Assembly: GCA_964057225.1 (NCBI GenBank)
Contig: OZ059896.1
Span: forward strand, 19,530,001-19,594,000
Source: Auanema rhodensis
Taxonomy: Eukaryota > Animalia > Nematoda
DNA: 64,000 nt
Direction of reading: 5' to 3'
Shown: in pieces, positions 24,901-39,900 of the stretch
Layout of the letters: each line of letters opens with the position of its first letter
How positions within the stretch are numbered: position 1 is the stretch's first letter
Position numbers and translations under genes: made by a program
The notes under the pieces: model-generated
Told to the model about the DNA's origin: nothing
Databases searched by the model: none
Seen by the model: only the letters and a program-made list of their open reading frames with translations

Positions 24901-27900
24901 AACACAGATCGACGCAGCTTAAAAATCCGCATCGAATGCACTATACTACATTGAGAAACGCTTAATACAAAAATTAGTTATGATCGTTTGAAAAATGATG
25001 CATTAGTGTATGTTGAGTTTCCATGTACACTCAACATTGCTTCCAAAAACATTTTGACAAAAATTTTTTCGAAAAATTTCTAAATAATTTAGCAAAAAGT
25101 AGATGTTTTTAGATTCTTTTTTTCAAGGCAAAGACGATGGACAATGTTATTCAACGAAAAAATTAATTCTTCAGGGTGAAAATCGAGGATATAAGTGTGA
25201 ACTTATATCAGTTGATATCTCGGTGCATTTTTAAGCTAGCGCAAATCTGATAACACAGATCGACGCAGCTTAAAAATCCGCATCGAATGCACTATACTAC
25301 ATTGAGAAACGCTTAATACAAAAATTAGTTATGATCGTTTGAAAAATGATGCATTAGTGTATGTTGAGTTTCCATGTACACTCAACATTGCTTCCAAAAA
25401 CATTTTGACAAAAATTTTTTCGAAAAATTTCAAAATAATTTAGCAAAAAGTAGATGTTTTTAGATTCCTTTTTTCAAGGCAATGACGATGGACAATGTTA
25501 TTCAACGAAAAAATTAATTCTTCAGGGTGAAAATCGAGGATATAAGTGTGAACTTATATCAGTTGATATATCGGTGCATTTTTAAGCTAGCGCAAATCTG
25601 ATAACACAGATCGACGCAGCTTAAAAATCCGCATCGAATGCACTATACTACATTGAGAAACGCTTAATACAAAAATTAGTTATGATCGTTTGAAAAATGA
25701 TGCATTAGTGTATGTTGAGTTTCCATGTACACTCAACATTGCTTCCAAAAACATTTTGACAAAAATTTTTTCAAAAAATTTCAAAATAATTTAGCAAAAA
25801 GTAGATGTTTTTAGATTCCTTTTTTCAAGGCAAAGACGATGGACAATGTTATTCAACGAAAAAATTAATTCTTCAGGGTGAAAATCGAGGATATAAGTGT
25901 GAACTTATATCAGTTGATATATCGGTGCATTTTTAAGCTAGCGCAAATCTGATAACACAGATCGACGCAGCTTAAAAATCCGCATCGAATGCACTATACT
26001 ACATTGAGAAACGCTTAATACAAAAATTAGTTATGATCGTTTGAAAAATGATGCATTAGTGTATGTTGAGTTTCCATGTACACTCAACATTGCTTCCAAA
26101 AACATTTTGACAAAAATTTTTTCGAAAAATTTCTAGATAATTTAGCAAAAAGTAGATGTTTTTAGATTCTTTTTTTCAAGGCAAAGACGATGGACAATGT
26201 TATTCAACGAAAAAATTAATTCTTCAGGGTGAAAATCGAGGATATAAGTGTGAACTTATATCAGTTGATATCTCGGTGCATTTTTAAGCTAGCGCAAATC
26301 TGATAACACAGATCGACGCAGCTTAAAAATCCGCATCGAATGCACTATACTACATTGAGAAACGCTTAATACAAAAATTAGTTATGATCGTTTGAAAAAT
26401 GATGCATTAGTGTATGTTGAGTTTCCATGTACACTCAACATTGCTTCCAAAAACATTTTGACAAAAATTTTTTCGAAAAATTTCAAAATAATTTAGCAAA
26501 AAGTAGATGTTTTTAGATTCCTTTTTTCAAGGCAATGACGATGGACAATGTTATTCAACGAAAAAATTAATTCTTCAGGGTGAAAATCGAGGATATAAGT
26601 GTGAACTTATATCAGTTGATATATCGGTGCATTTTTAAGCTAGCGCAAATCTGATAACACAGATCGACGCAGCTTAAAAATCCGCATTGAATGCACTATA
26701 CTACATTGAGAAACGCTTAATACAAAAATTAGTTATGATCGTTTGAAAAATGATGCATTAGTGTATGTTGAGTTTCCATGTACACTCAACATTGCTTCCA
26801 AAAACATTTTGACAAAAATTTTTTCGAAAAATTTCAAAATAATTTAGCAAAAAGTAGATGTTTTTAGATTCCTTTTTTCAAGGCAATGACGATGGACAAT
26901 GTTATTCAACGAAAAAATTAATTCTTCAGGGTGAAAATCGAGGATATAAGTGTGAACTTATATCAGTTGATATATCGGTGCATTTTTAAGCTAGCGCAAA
27001 TCTGATAACACAGATCGACGCAGCTTAAAAATCCGCATTGAATGCACTATACTACATTGAGAAACGCTTAATACAAAAATTAGTTATGATCGTTTGAAAA
27101 ATGATGCATTAGTGTATGTTGAGTTTCCATGTACACTCAACATTGCTTCCAAAAACATTTTGACAAAAATTTTTTCGAAAAATTTCAAAATAATTTAGCA
27201 AAAAGTAGATGTTTTTAGATTCCTTTTTTCAAGGCAATGACGATGGACAATGTTATTCAACGAAAAAATTAATTCTTCAGGGTGAAAATCGAGGATATAA
27301 GTGTGAACTTATATCAGTTGATATATCGGTGCATTTTTAAGCTAGCGCAAATCTGATAACACAGATCGACGCAGCTTAAAAATCCGCATCGAATGCACTA
27401 TACTACATTGAGAAACGCTTAATACAAAAATTAGTTATGATCGTTTGAAAAATGATGCATTAGTGTATGTTGAGTTTCCATGTACACTCAACATTGCTTC
27501 CAAAAACATTTTGACAAAAATTTTTTCAAAAAATTTCAAAATAATTTAGCAAAAAGTAGATGTTTTTAGATTTCTTTTTTCAAGGCAAAGACGATGGACA
27601 ATGTTATTCAACGAAAAAATTAATTCTTCAGGGTGAAAATCGAGGATATAAGTGTGAACTTATATCAGTTGATATATCGGTGCATTTTTAAGCTAGCGCA
27701 AATCTGATAACACAGATCGACGCAGCTTAAAAATCCGCATCGAATGCACTATACTACATTGAGAAACGCTTAATACAAAAATTAGTTATGATCGTTTGAA
27801 AAATGATGCATTAGTGTATGTTGAGTTTCCATGTACACTCAACATTGCTTCCAAAAACATTTTGACAAAAATTTTTTCGAAAAATTTCAGAATAATTTAG

Positions 27901-30900
27901 CAAAAAGTAGATGTTTTTAGATTCCTTTTTTCAAGGCAAAGACGATGGACAATGTTATTCAACGAAAAAATTAATTCTTCAGGGTGAAAATCGAGGATAT
28001 AAGTGTGAACTTATATCAGTTGATATATCGGTGCATTTTTAAGCTAGCGCAAATCTGATAACACAGATCGACGCAGCTTAAAAATCCGCATCGAATGCAC
28101 TATACTACATTGAGAAACGCTTAATACAAAAATTAGTTATGATCGTTTGAAAAATGATGCATTAGTGTATGTTGAGTTTCCATGTACACTCAACATTGCT
28201 TCCAAAAACATTTTGACAAAAATTTTTTCGAAAAATTTCTAAATAATTTAGCAAAAAGTAGATGTTTTTAGATTCTTTTTTTCAAGGCAAAGACGATGGA
28301 CAATGTTATTCAACGAAAAAATTAATTCTTCAGGGTGAAAATCGAGGATATAAGTGTGAACTTATATCAGTTGATATCTCGGTGCATTTTTAAGCTAGCG
28401 CAAATCTGATAACACAGATCGACGCAGCTTAAAAATCCGCATCGAATGCACTATACTACATTGAGAAACGCTTAATACAAAAATTAGTTATGATCGTTTG
28501 AAAAATGATGCATTAGTGTATGTTGAGTTTCCATGTACACTCAACATTGCTTCCAAAAACATTTTGACAAAAATTTTTTCAAAAAATTTCAAAATAATTT
28601 AGCAAAAAGTAGATGTTTTTAGATTCCTTTTTTCAAGGCAAAGACGATGGACAATGTTATTCAACGAAAAAATTAATTCTTCAGGGTGAAAATCGAGGAT
28701 ATAAGTGTGAACTTATATCAGTTGATATATCGGTGCATTTTTAAGCTAGCGCAAATCTGATAACACAGATCGACGCAGCTTAAAAATCCGCATCGAATGC
28801 ACTATACTACATTGAGAAACGCTTAATACAAAAATTAGTTATGATCGTTTGAAAAATGATGCATTAGTGTATGTTGAGTTTCCATGTACACTCAACATTG
28901 CTTCCAAAAACATTTTGACAAAAATTTTTTCGAAAAATTTCTAGATAATTTAGCAAAAAGTAGATGTTTTTAGATTCTTTTTTTCAAGGCAAAGACGATG
29001 GACAATGTTATTCAACGAAAAAATTAATTCTTCAGGGTGAAAATCGAGGATATAAGTGTGAACTTATATCAGTTGATATCTCGGTGCATTTTTAAGCTAG
29101 CGCAAATCTGATAACACAGATCGACGCAGCTGAAAAATCCGCATCGAATGCACTATACTACATTGAGAAACGCTTAATACAAAAATTAGTTATGATCGTT
29201 TGAAAAATGATGCATTAGTGTATGTTGAGTTTCCATGTACACTCAACATTGCTTCCAAAAACATTTTGACAAAAATTTTTTCGAAAAATTTCAAAATAAT
29301 TTAGCAAAAAGTAGATGTTTTTAGATTCCTTTTTTCAAGGCAATGACGATGGACAATGTTATTCAACGAAAAAATTAATTCTTCAGGGTGAAAATCGAGG
29401 ATATAAGTGTGAACTTATATCAGTTGATATATCGGTGCATTTTTAAGCTAGCGCAAATCTGATAACACAGATCGACGCAGCTTAAAAATCCGCATTGAAT
29501 GCACTATACTACATTGAGAAACGCTTAATACAAAAATTAGTTATGATCGTTTGAAAAATGATGCATTAGTGTATGTTGAGTTTCCATGTACACTCAACAT
29601 TGCTTCCAAAAACATTTTGACAAAAAATTTTTCGAAAAATTTCAAAATAATTTAGCAAAAAGTAGATGTTTTTAGATTCCTTTTTTCAAGGCAAAGACGA
29701 TGGACAATGTTATTCAACGAAAAAATTAATTCTTCAGGGTGAAAATCGAGGATATAAGTGTGAACTTATATCAGTTGATATATCGGTGCATTTTTAAGCT
29801 AGCGCAAATCTGATAACACAGATCAACGCAGCTTAAAAATCCGCATCGAATGCACTATACTACATTGAGAAACGCTTAATACAAAAATTAGTTATGATCG
29901 TTTGAAAAATGATGCATTAGTGTATGTTGAGTTTCCATGTACACTCAACATTGCTTCCAAAAACATTTTGACAAAAATTTTTTCGAAAAATTTCAAAATA
30001 ATTTAGCAAAAAGTAGATGTTTTTAGATTCCTTTTTTCAAGGCAATGACGATGGACAATGTTATTCAACGAAAAAATTAATTCTTCAGGGTGAAAATCGA
30101 GGATATAAGTGTGAACTTATATCAGTTGATATATCGGTGCATTTTTAAGCTAGCGCAAATCTGATAACACAGATCGACGCAGCTTAAAAATCCGCATCGA
30201 ATGCACTATACTACATTGAGAAACGCTTAATACAAAAATTAGTTATGATCGTTTGAAAAATGATGCATTAGTGTATGTTGAGTTTCCATGTACACTCAAC
30301 ATTGCTTCCAAAAACATTTTGACAAAAATTTTTTCGAAAAATTTCTAGATAATTTAGCAAAAAGTAGATGTTTTTAGATTCTTTTTTTCAAGGCAAAGAC
30401 GATGGACAATGTTATTCAACGAAAAAATTAATTCTTCAGGGTGAAAATCGAGGATATAAGTGTGAACTTATATCAGTTGATATCTCGGTGCATTTTTAAG
30501 CTAGCGCAAATCTGATAACACAGATCGACGCAGCTTAAAAATCCGCATCGAATGCACTATACTACATTGAGAAACGCTTAATACAAGAATTAGTTATGAT
30601 CGTTTGAAAAATGATGCATTAGTGTATGTTGAGTTTCCATGTACACTCAACATTGCTTCCAAAAACATTTTGACAAAAAATTTTTCGAAAAATTTCGAAA
30701 TAATTTAGCAAAAAGTAGATGTTTTTAGATTCCTTTTTTCAAGGCAAAGACGATGGACAATGTTATTCAACGAAAAAATTAATTCTTCAGGGTGAAAATC
30801 GAGGATATAAGTGTGAACTTATATCAGTTGATATATCGGTGCATTTTTAAGCTAGCGCAAATCTGATAACACAGATCAACGCAGCTTAAAAATCCGCATC

Positions 30901-33900
30901 GAATGCACTATACTACATTGAGAAACGCTTAATACAAAAATTAGTTATGATCGTTTGAAAAATGATGCATTAGTGTATGTTGAGTTTCCATGTACACTCA
31001 ACATTGCTTCCAAAAACATTTTGACAAAAATTTTTTTGAAAAATTTCAAAATAATTTAGCAAAAAGTAGATGTTTTTAGATTCCCATTTTCAAGGCAAAG
31101 ACGATGGACAATGTTATTCAACGAAAAAATTAATTCTTCAGGGTGAAAATCGAGGATATAAGTGTAAACTTATATCAGTCGATATCTCGGTGCATTTTTA
31201 AGCTAGCGCAAATCTGATAACACAGATCGACGCAGCTTAAAAATCCGCATCGAATGCACTATACTACATTGAGAAACGCTTAATACAAAAATTAGTTATG
31301 ATCGTTTGAAAAATGATGCATTAGTGTATGTTGAGTTTCCATGTACACTCAACATTGCTTCCAAAAACATTTTGACAAAAAATTTTTCGAAAAATTTCAA
31401 AATAATTTAGCAAAAAGTAGATGTTTTTAGATTCCTTTTTTCAAGGCAAAGACGATGGACAATGTTATTCAACGAAAAAATTAATTCTTCAGGGTGAAAA
31501 TCGAGGATATAAGTGTGAACTTATATCAGTTGATATATCGGTGCATTTTTAAGCTAGCGCAAATCTGATAACACAGATCAACGCAGCTTAAAAATCCGCA
31601 TCGAATGCACTATACTACATTGAGAAACGCTTAATACAAAAATTAGTTATGATCGTTTGAAAAATGATGCATTAGTGTATGTTGAGTTTCCATGTACACT
31701 CAACATTGCTTCCAAAAACATTTTGACAAAAATTTTTTCGAAAAATTTCAAAATAATTTAGCAAAAAGTAGATGTTTTTAGATTCCTTTTTTCAAGGCAA
31801 TGACGATGGACAATGTTATTCAACGAAAAAATTAATTCTTCAGGGTGAAAATCGAGGATATAAGTGTGAACTTATATCAGTTGATATATCGGTGCATTTT
31901 TAAGCTAGCGCAAATCTGATAACACAGATCGACGCAGCTTAAAAATCCGCATTGAATGCACTATACTACATTGAGAAACGCTTAATACAAAAATTAGTTA
32001 TGATCGTTTGAAAAATGATGCATTAGTGTATGTTGAGTTTCCATGTACACTCAACATTGCTTCCAAAAACATTTTGACAAAAATTTTTTCAAAAAATTTC
32101 AAAATAATTTAGCAAAAAGTAGATGTTTTTAGATTCCTTTTTTCAAGGCAAAGACGATGGACAATGTTATTCAACGAAAAAATTAATTCTTCAGGGTGAA
32201 AATCGAGGATATAAGTGTGAACTTATATCAGTTGATATATCGGTGCATTTTTAAGCTAGCGCAAATCTGATAACACAGATCGACGCAGCTTAAAAATCCG
32301 CATCGAATGCACTATACTACATTGAGAAACGCTTAATACAAAAATTAGTTATGATCGTTTGAAAAATGATGCATTAGTGTATGTTGAGTTTCCATGTACA
32401 CTCAACATTGCTTCCAAAAACATTTTGACAAAAATTTTTTCGAAAAATTTCTAGATAATTTAGCAAAAAGTAGATGTTTTTAGATTCTTTTTTTCAAGGC
32501 AAAGACGATGGACAATGTTATTCAACGAAAAAATTAATTCTTCAGGGTGAAAATCGAGGATATAAGTGTGAACTTATATCAGTTGATATCTCGGTGCATT
32601 TTTAAGCTAGCGCAAATCTGATAACACAGATCGACGCAGCTTAAAAATCCGCATCGAATGCACTATACTACATTGAGAAACGCTTAATACAAAAATTAGT
32701 TATGATCGTTTGAAAAATGATGCATTAGTGTATGTTGAGTTTCCATGTACACTCAACATTGCTTCCAAAAACATTTTGACAAAAATTTTTTCGAAAAATT
32801 TCTAGATAATTTAGCAAAAAGTAGATGTTTTTAGATTCTTTTTTTCAAGGCAAAGACGATGGACAATGTTATTCAACGAAAAAATTAATTCTTCAGGGTG
32901 AAAATCGAGGATATAAGTGTGAACTTATATCAGTTGATATCTCGGTGCATTTTTAAGCTAGCGCAAATCTGATAACACAGATCGACGCAGCTTAAAAATC
33001 CGCATCGAATGCACTATACTACATTGAGAAACGCTTAATACAAAAATTAGTTATGATCGTTTGAAAAATGATGCATTAGTGTATGTTGAGTTTCCATGTA
33101 CACTCAACATTGCTTCCAAAAACATTTTGACAAAAATTTTTTCGAAAAATTTCTAAATAATTTAGCAAAAAGTAGATGTTTTTAGATTCTTTTTTTCAAG
33201 GCAAAGACGATGGACAATGTTATTCAACGAAAAAATTAATTCTTCAGGGTGAAAATCGAGGATATAAGTGTGAACTTATATCAGTTGATATCTCGGTGCA
33301 TTTTTAAGCTAGCGCAAATCTGATAACACAGATCGACGCAGCTTAAAAATCCGCATCGAATGCACTATACTACATTGAGAAACGCTTAATACAAAAATTA
33401 GTTATGATCGTTTGAAAAATGATGCATTAGTGTATGTTGAGTTTCCATGTACACTCAACATTGCTTCCAAAAACATTTTGACAAAAATTTTTTCGAAAAA
33501 TTTCAAAATAATTTAGCAAAAAGTAGATGTTTTTAGATTCCTTTTTTCAAGGCAATGACGATGGACAATGTTATTCAACGAAAAAATTAATTCTTCAGGG
33601 TGAAAATCGAGGATATAAGTGTGAACTTATATCAGTTGATATATCGGTGCATTTTTAAGCTAGCGCAAATCTGATAACACAGATCGACGCAGCTTAAAAA
33701 TCCGCATCGAATGCACTATACTACATTGAGAAACGCTTAATACAAAAATTAGTTATGATCGTTTGAAAAATGATGCATTAGTGTATGTTGAGTTTCCATG
33801 TACACTCAACATTGCTTCCAAAAACATTTTGACAAAAATTTTTTCGAAAAATTTCTAGATAATTTAGCAAAAAGTAGATGTTTTTAAATTCTTTTTTTCA

Positions 33901-36900
33901 AGGCAAAGACAATGGACAATGTTATTCAACGAAAAAATTAATTCTTCAGGGTGAAAATCGAGGATATAAGTGTGAACTTATATCAGTTGATATCTCGGTG
34001 CATTTTTAAGCTAGCGCAAATCTGATAACACAGATCGACGCAGCTTAAAAATCCGCATCGAATGCACTATACTACATTGAGAAACGCTTAATACAAAAAT
34101 TAGTTATGATCGTTTGAAAAATGATGCATTAGTGTATGTTGAGTTTCCATGTACACTCAACATTGCTTCCAAAAACATTTTGACAAAAATTTTTTCGAAA
34201 AATTTCAAAATAATTTAGCAAAAAGTAGATGTTTTTAGATTCCTTTTTTCAAGGCAAAGACGATGGACAATGTTATTCAACGAAAAAATTAATTCTTCAG
34301 GGTGAAAATCGAGGATATAAGTGTGAACTTATATCAGTTGATATCTCGGTGCATTTTTAAGCTAGCGCAAATCTGATAACACAGATCGACGCAGCTTAAA
34401 AATCCGCATCGAATGCACTATACTACATTGAGGAACGCTTAATACAAGAATTAGTTATGATCGTTTGAAAAATGATGCATTAGTGTATGTTGAGTTTCCA
34501 TGTACACTCAACATTGCTTCCAAAAACATTTTGACAAAAAATTTTTCGAAAAATTTCAAAATAATTTAGCAAAAAGTAGATGTTTTTAGATTCCTTTTTT
34601 CAAGGCAAAGACGATGGACAATGTTATTCAACGAAAAAATTAATTCTTCAGGGTGAAAATCGAGGATATAAGTGTGAACTTATATCAGTTGATATATCGG
34701 TGCATTTTTAAGCTAGCGCAAATCTGATAACACAGATCAACGCAGCTTAAAAATCCGCATCGAATGCACTATACTACATTGAGAAACGCTTAATACAAAA
34801 ATTAGTTATGATCGTTTGAAAAATGATGCATTAGTGTATGTTGAGTTTCCATGTACACTCAACATTGCTTCCAAAAACATTTTGACAAAAATTTTTTCGA
34901 AAAATTTCAAAATAATTTAGCAAAAAGTAGATGTTTTTAGATTCCTTTTTTCAAGGCAATGACGATGGACAATGTTATTCAACGAAAAAATTAATTCTTC
35001 AGGGTGAAAATCGAGGATATAAGTGTGAACTTATATCAGTTGATATATCGGTGCATTTTTAAGCTAGCGCAAATCTGATAACACAGATCGACGCAGCTTA
35101 AAAATCCGCATCGAATGCACTATACTACATTGAGAAACGCTTAATACAAAAATTAGTTATGATCGTTTGAAAAATGATGCATTAGTGTATGTTGAGTTTC
35201 CATGTACACTCAACATTGCTTCCAAAAACATTTTGACAAAAATTTTTTCAAAAAATTTCAAAATAATTTAGCAAAAAGTAGATGTTTTTAGATTTCTTTT
35301 TTCAAGGCAAAGACGATGGACAATGTTATTCAACGAAAAAATTAATTCTTCAGGGTGAAAATCGAGGATATAAGTGTGAACTTATATCAGTTGATATATC
35401 GGTGCATTTTTAAGCTAGCGCAAATCTGATAACACAGATCGACGCAGCTTAAAAATCCGCATCGAATGCACTATACTACATTGAGAAACGCTTAATACAA
35501 AAATTAGTTATGATCGTTTGAAAAATGATGCATTAGTGTATGTTGAGTTTCCATGTACACTCAACATTGCTTCCAAAAACATTTTGACAAAAATTTTTTC
35601 GAAAAATTTCAGAATAATTTAGCAAAAAGTAGATGTTTTTAGATTCCTTTTTTCAAGGCAAAGACGATGGACAATGTTATTCAACGAAAAAATTAATTCT
35701 TCAGGGTGAAAATCGAGGATATAAGTGTGAACTTATATCAGTTGATATATCGGTGCATTTTTAAGCTAGCGCAAATCTGATAACACAGATCGACGCAGCT
35801 TAAAAATCCGCATCGAATGCACTATACTACATTGAGAAACGCTTAATACAAAAATTAGTTATGATCGTTTGAAAAATGATGCATTAGTGTATGTTGAGTT
35901 TCCATGTACACTCAACATTGCTTCCAAAAACATTTTGACAAAAATTTTTTCGAAAAATTTCTAAATAATTTAGCAAAAAGTAGATGTTTTTAGATTCTTT
36001 TTTTCAAGGCAAAGACGATGGACAATGTTATTCAACGAAAAAATTAATTCTTCAGGGTGAAAATCGAGGATATAAGTGTGAACTTATATCAGTTGATATC
36101 TCGGTGCATTTTTAAGCTAGCGCAAATCTGATAACACAGATCGACGCAGCTTAAAAATCCGCATCGAATGCACTATACTACATTGAGAAACGCTTAATAC
36201 AAAAATTAGTTATGATCGTTTGAAAAATGATGCATTAGTGTATGTTGAGTTTCCATGTACACTCAACATTGCTTCCAAAAACATTTTGACAAAAATTTTT
36301 TCGAAAAATTTCAAAATAATTTAGCAAAAAGTAGATGTTTTTAGATTCCTTTTTTCAAGGCAATGACGATGGACAATGTTATTCAACGAAAAAATTAATT
36401 CTTCAGGGTGAAAATCGAGGATATAAGTGTGAACTTATATCAGTTGATATATCGGTGCATTTTTAAGCTAGCGCAAATCTGATAACACAGATCGACGCAG
36501 CTTAAAAATCCGCATCGAATGCACTATACTACATTGAGAAACGCTTAATACAAAAATTAGTTATGATCGTTTGAAAAATGATGCATTAGTGTATGTTGAG
36601 TTTCCATGTACACTCAACATTGCTTCCAAAAACATTTTGACAAAAATTTTTTCAAAAAATTTCAAAATAATTTAGCAAAAAGTAGATGTTTTTAGATTCC
36701 TTTTTTCAAGGCAAAGACGATGGACAATGTTATTCAACGAAAAAATTAATTCTTCAGGGTGAAAATCGAGGATATAAGTGTGAACTTATATCAGTTGATA
36801 TATCGGTGCATTTTTAAGCTAGCGCAAATCTGATAACACAGATCGACGCAGCTTAAAAATCCGCATCGAATGCACTATACTACATTGAGAAACGCTTAAT

Positions 36901-39900
36901 ACAAAAATTAGTTATGATCGTTTGAAAAATGATGCATTAGTGTATGTTGAGTTTCCATGTACACTCAACATTGCTTCCAAAAACATTTTGACAAAAATTT
37001 TTTCGAAAAATTTCTAGATAATTTAGCAAAAAGTAGATGTTTTTAGATTCTTTTTTTCAAGGCAAAGACGATGGACAATGTTATTCAACGAAAAAATTAA
37101 TTCTTCAGGGTGAAAATCGAGGATATAAGTGTGAACTTATATCAGTTGATATCTCGGTGCATTTTTAAGCTAGCGCAAATCTGATAACACAGATCGACGC
37201 AGCTTAAAAATCCGCATCGAATGCACTATACTACATTGAGAAACGCTTAATACAAAAATTAGTTATGATCGTTTGAAAAATGATGCATTAGTGTATGTTG
37301 AGTTTCCATGTACACTCAACATTGCTTCCAAAAACATTTTGACAAAAATTTTTTCGAAAAATTTCAAAATAATTTAGCAAAAAGTAGATGTTTTTAGATT
37401 CCTTTTTTCAAGGCAATGACGATGGACAATGTTATTCAACGAAAAAATTAATTCTTCAGGGTGAAAATCGAGGATATAAGTGTGAACTTATATCAGTTGA
37501 TATATCGGTGCATTTTTAAGCTAGCGCAAATCTGATAACACAGATCGACGCAGCTTAAAAATCCGCATTGAATGCACTATACTACATTGAGAAACGCTTA
37601 ATACAAAAATTAGTTATGATCGTTTGAAAAATGATGCATTAGTGTATGTTGAGTTTCCATGTACACTCAACATTGCTTCCAAAAACATTTTGACAAAAAA
37701 TTTTTCGAAAAATTTCAAAATAATTTAGCAAAAAGTAGATGTTTTTAGATTCCTTTTTTCAAGGCAAAGACGATGGACAATGTTATTCAACGAAAAAATT
37801 AATTCTTCAGGGTGAAAATCGAGGATATAAGTGTGAACTTATATCAGTTGATATATCGGTGCATTTTTAAGCTAGCGCAAATCTGATAACACAGATCAAC
37901 GCAGCTTAAAAATCCGCATCGAATGCACTATACTACATTGAGAAACGCTTAATACAAAAATTAGTTATGATCGTTTGAAAAATGATGCATTAGTGTATGT
38001 TGAGTTTCCATGTACACTCAACATTGCTTCCAAAAACATTTTGACAAAAATTTTTTCGAAAAATTTCAAAATAATTTAGCAAAAAGTAGATGTTTTTAGA
38101 TTCCTTTTTTCAAGGCAATGACGATGGACAATGTTATTCAACGAAAAAATTAATTCTTCAGGGTGAAAATCGAGGATATAAGTGTGAACTTATATCAGTT
38201 GATATATCGGTGCATTTTTAAGCTAGCGCAAATCTGATAACACAGATCGACGCAGCTTAAAAATCCGCATCGAATGCACTATACTACATTGAGAAACGCT
38301 TAATACAAAAATTAGTTATGATCGTTTGAAAAATGATGCATTAGTGTATGTTGAGTTTCCATGTACACTCAACATTGCTTCCAAAAACATTTTGACAAAA
38401 ATTTTTTCAAAAAATTTCAAAATAATTTAGCAAAAAGTAGATGTTTTTAGATTCCTTTTTTCAAGGCAAAGACGATGGACAATGTTATTCAACGAAAAAA
38501 TTAATTCTTCAGGGTGAAAATCGAGGATATAAGTGTGAACTTATATCAGTTGATATATCGGTGCATTTTTAAGCTAGCGCAAATCTGATAACACAGATCG
38601 ACGCAGCTTAAAAATCCGCATCGAATGCACTATACTACATTGAGAAACGCTTAATACAAAAATTAGTTATGATCGTTTGAAAAATGATGCATTAGTGTAT
38701 GTTGAGTTTCCATGTACACTCAACATTGCTTCCAAAAACATTTTGACAAAAATTTTTTCGAAAAATTTCTAGATAATTTAGCAAAAAGTAGATGTTTTTA
38801 GATTCTTTTTTTCAAGGCAAAGACGATGGACAATGTTATTCAACGAAAAAATTAATTCTTCAGGGTGAAAATCGAGGATATAAGTGTGAACTTATATCAG
38901 TTGATATCTCGGTGCATTTTTAAGCTAGCGCAAATCTGATAACACAGATCGACGCAGCTTAAAAATCCGCATCGAATGCACTATACTACATTGAGAAACG
39001 CTTAATACAAGAATTAGTTATGATCGTTTGAAAAATGATGCATTAGTGTATGTTGAGTTTCCATGTACACTCAACATTGCTTCCAAAAACATTTTGACAA
39101 AAAATTTTTCGAAAAATTTCGAAATAATTTAGCAAAAAGTAGATGTTTTTAGATTCCTTTTTTCAAGGCAAAGACGATGGACAATGTTATTCAACGAAAA
39201 AATTAATTCTTCAGGGTGAAAATCGAGGATATAAGTGTGAACTTATATCAGTTGATATATCGGTGCATTTTTAAGCTAGCGCAAATCTGATAACACAGAT
39301 CAACGCAGCTTAAAAATCCGCATCGAATGCACTATACTACATTGAGAAACGCTTAATACAAAAATTAGTTATGATCGTTTGAAAAATGATGCATTAGTGT
39401 ATGTTGAGTTTCCATGTACACTCAACATTGCTTCCAAAAACATTTTGACAAAAATTTTTTTGAAAAATTTCAAAATAATTTAGCAAAAAGTAGATGTTTT
39501 TAGATTCCCATTTTCAAGGCAAAGACGATGGACAATGTTATTCAACGAAAAAATTAATTCTTCAGGGTGAAAATCGAGGATATAAGTGTAAACTTATATC
39601 AGTCGATATCTCGGTGCATTTTTAAGCTAGCGCAAATCTGATAACACAGATCGACGCAGCTTAAAAATCCGCATCGAATGCACTATACTACATTGAGAAA
39701 CGCTTAATACAAAAATTAGTTATGATCGTTTGAAAAATGATGCATTAGTGTATGTTGAGTTTCCATGTACACTCAACATTGCTTCCAAAAACATTTTGAC
39801 AAAAAATTTTTCGAAAAATTTCAAAATAATTTAGCAAAAAGTAGATGTTTTTAGATTCCTTTTTTCAAGGCAAAGACGATGGACAATGTTATTCAACGAA

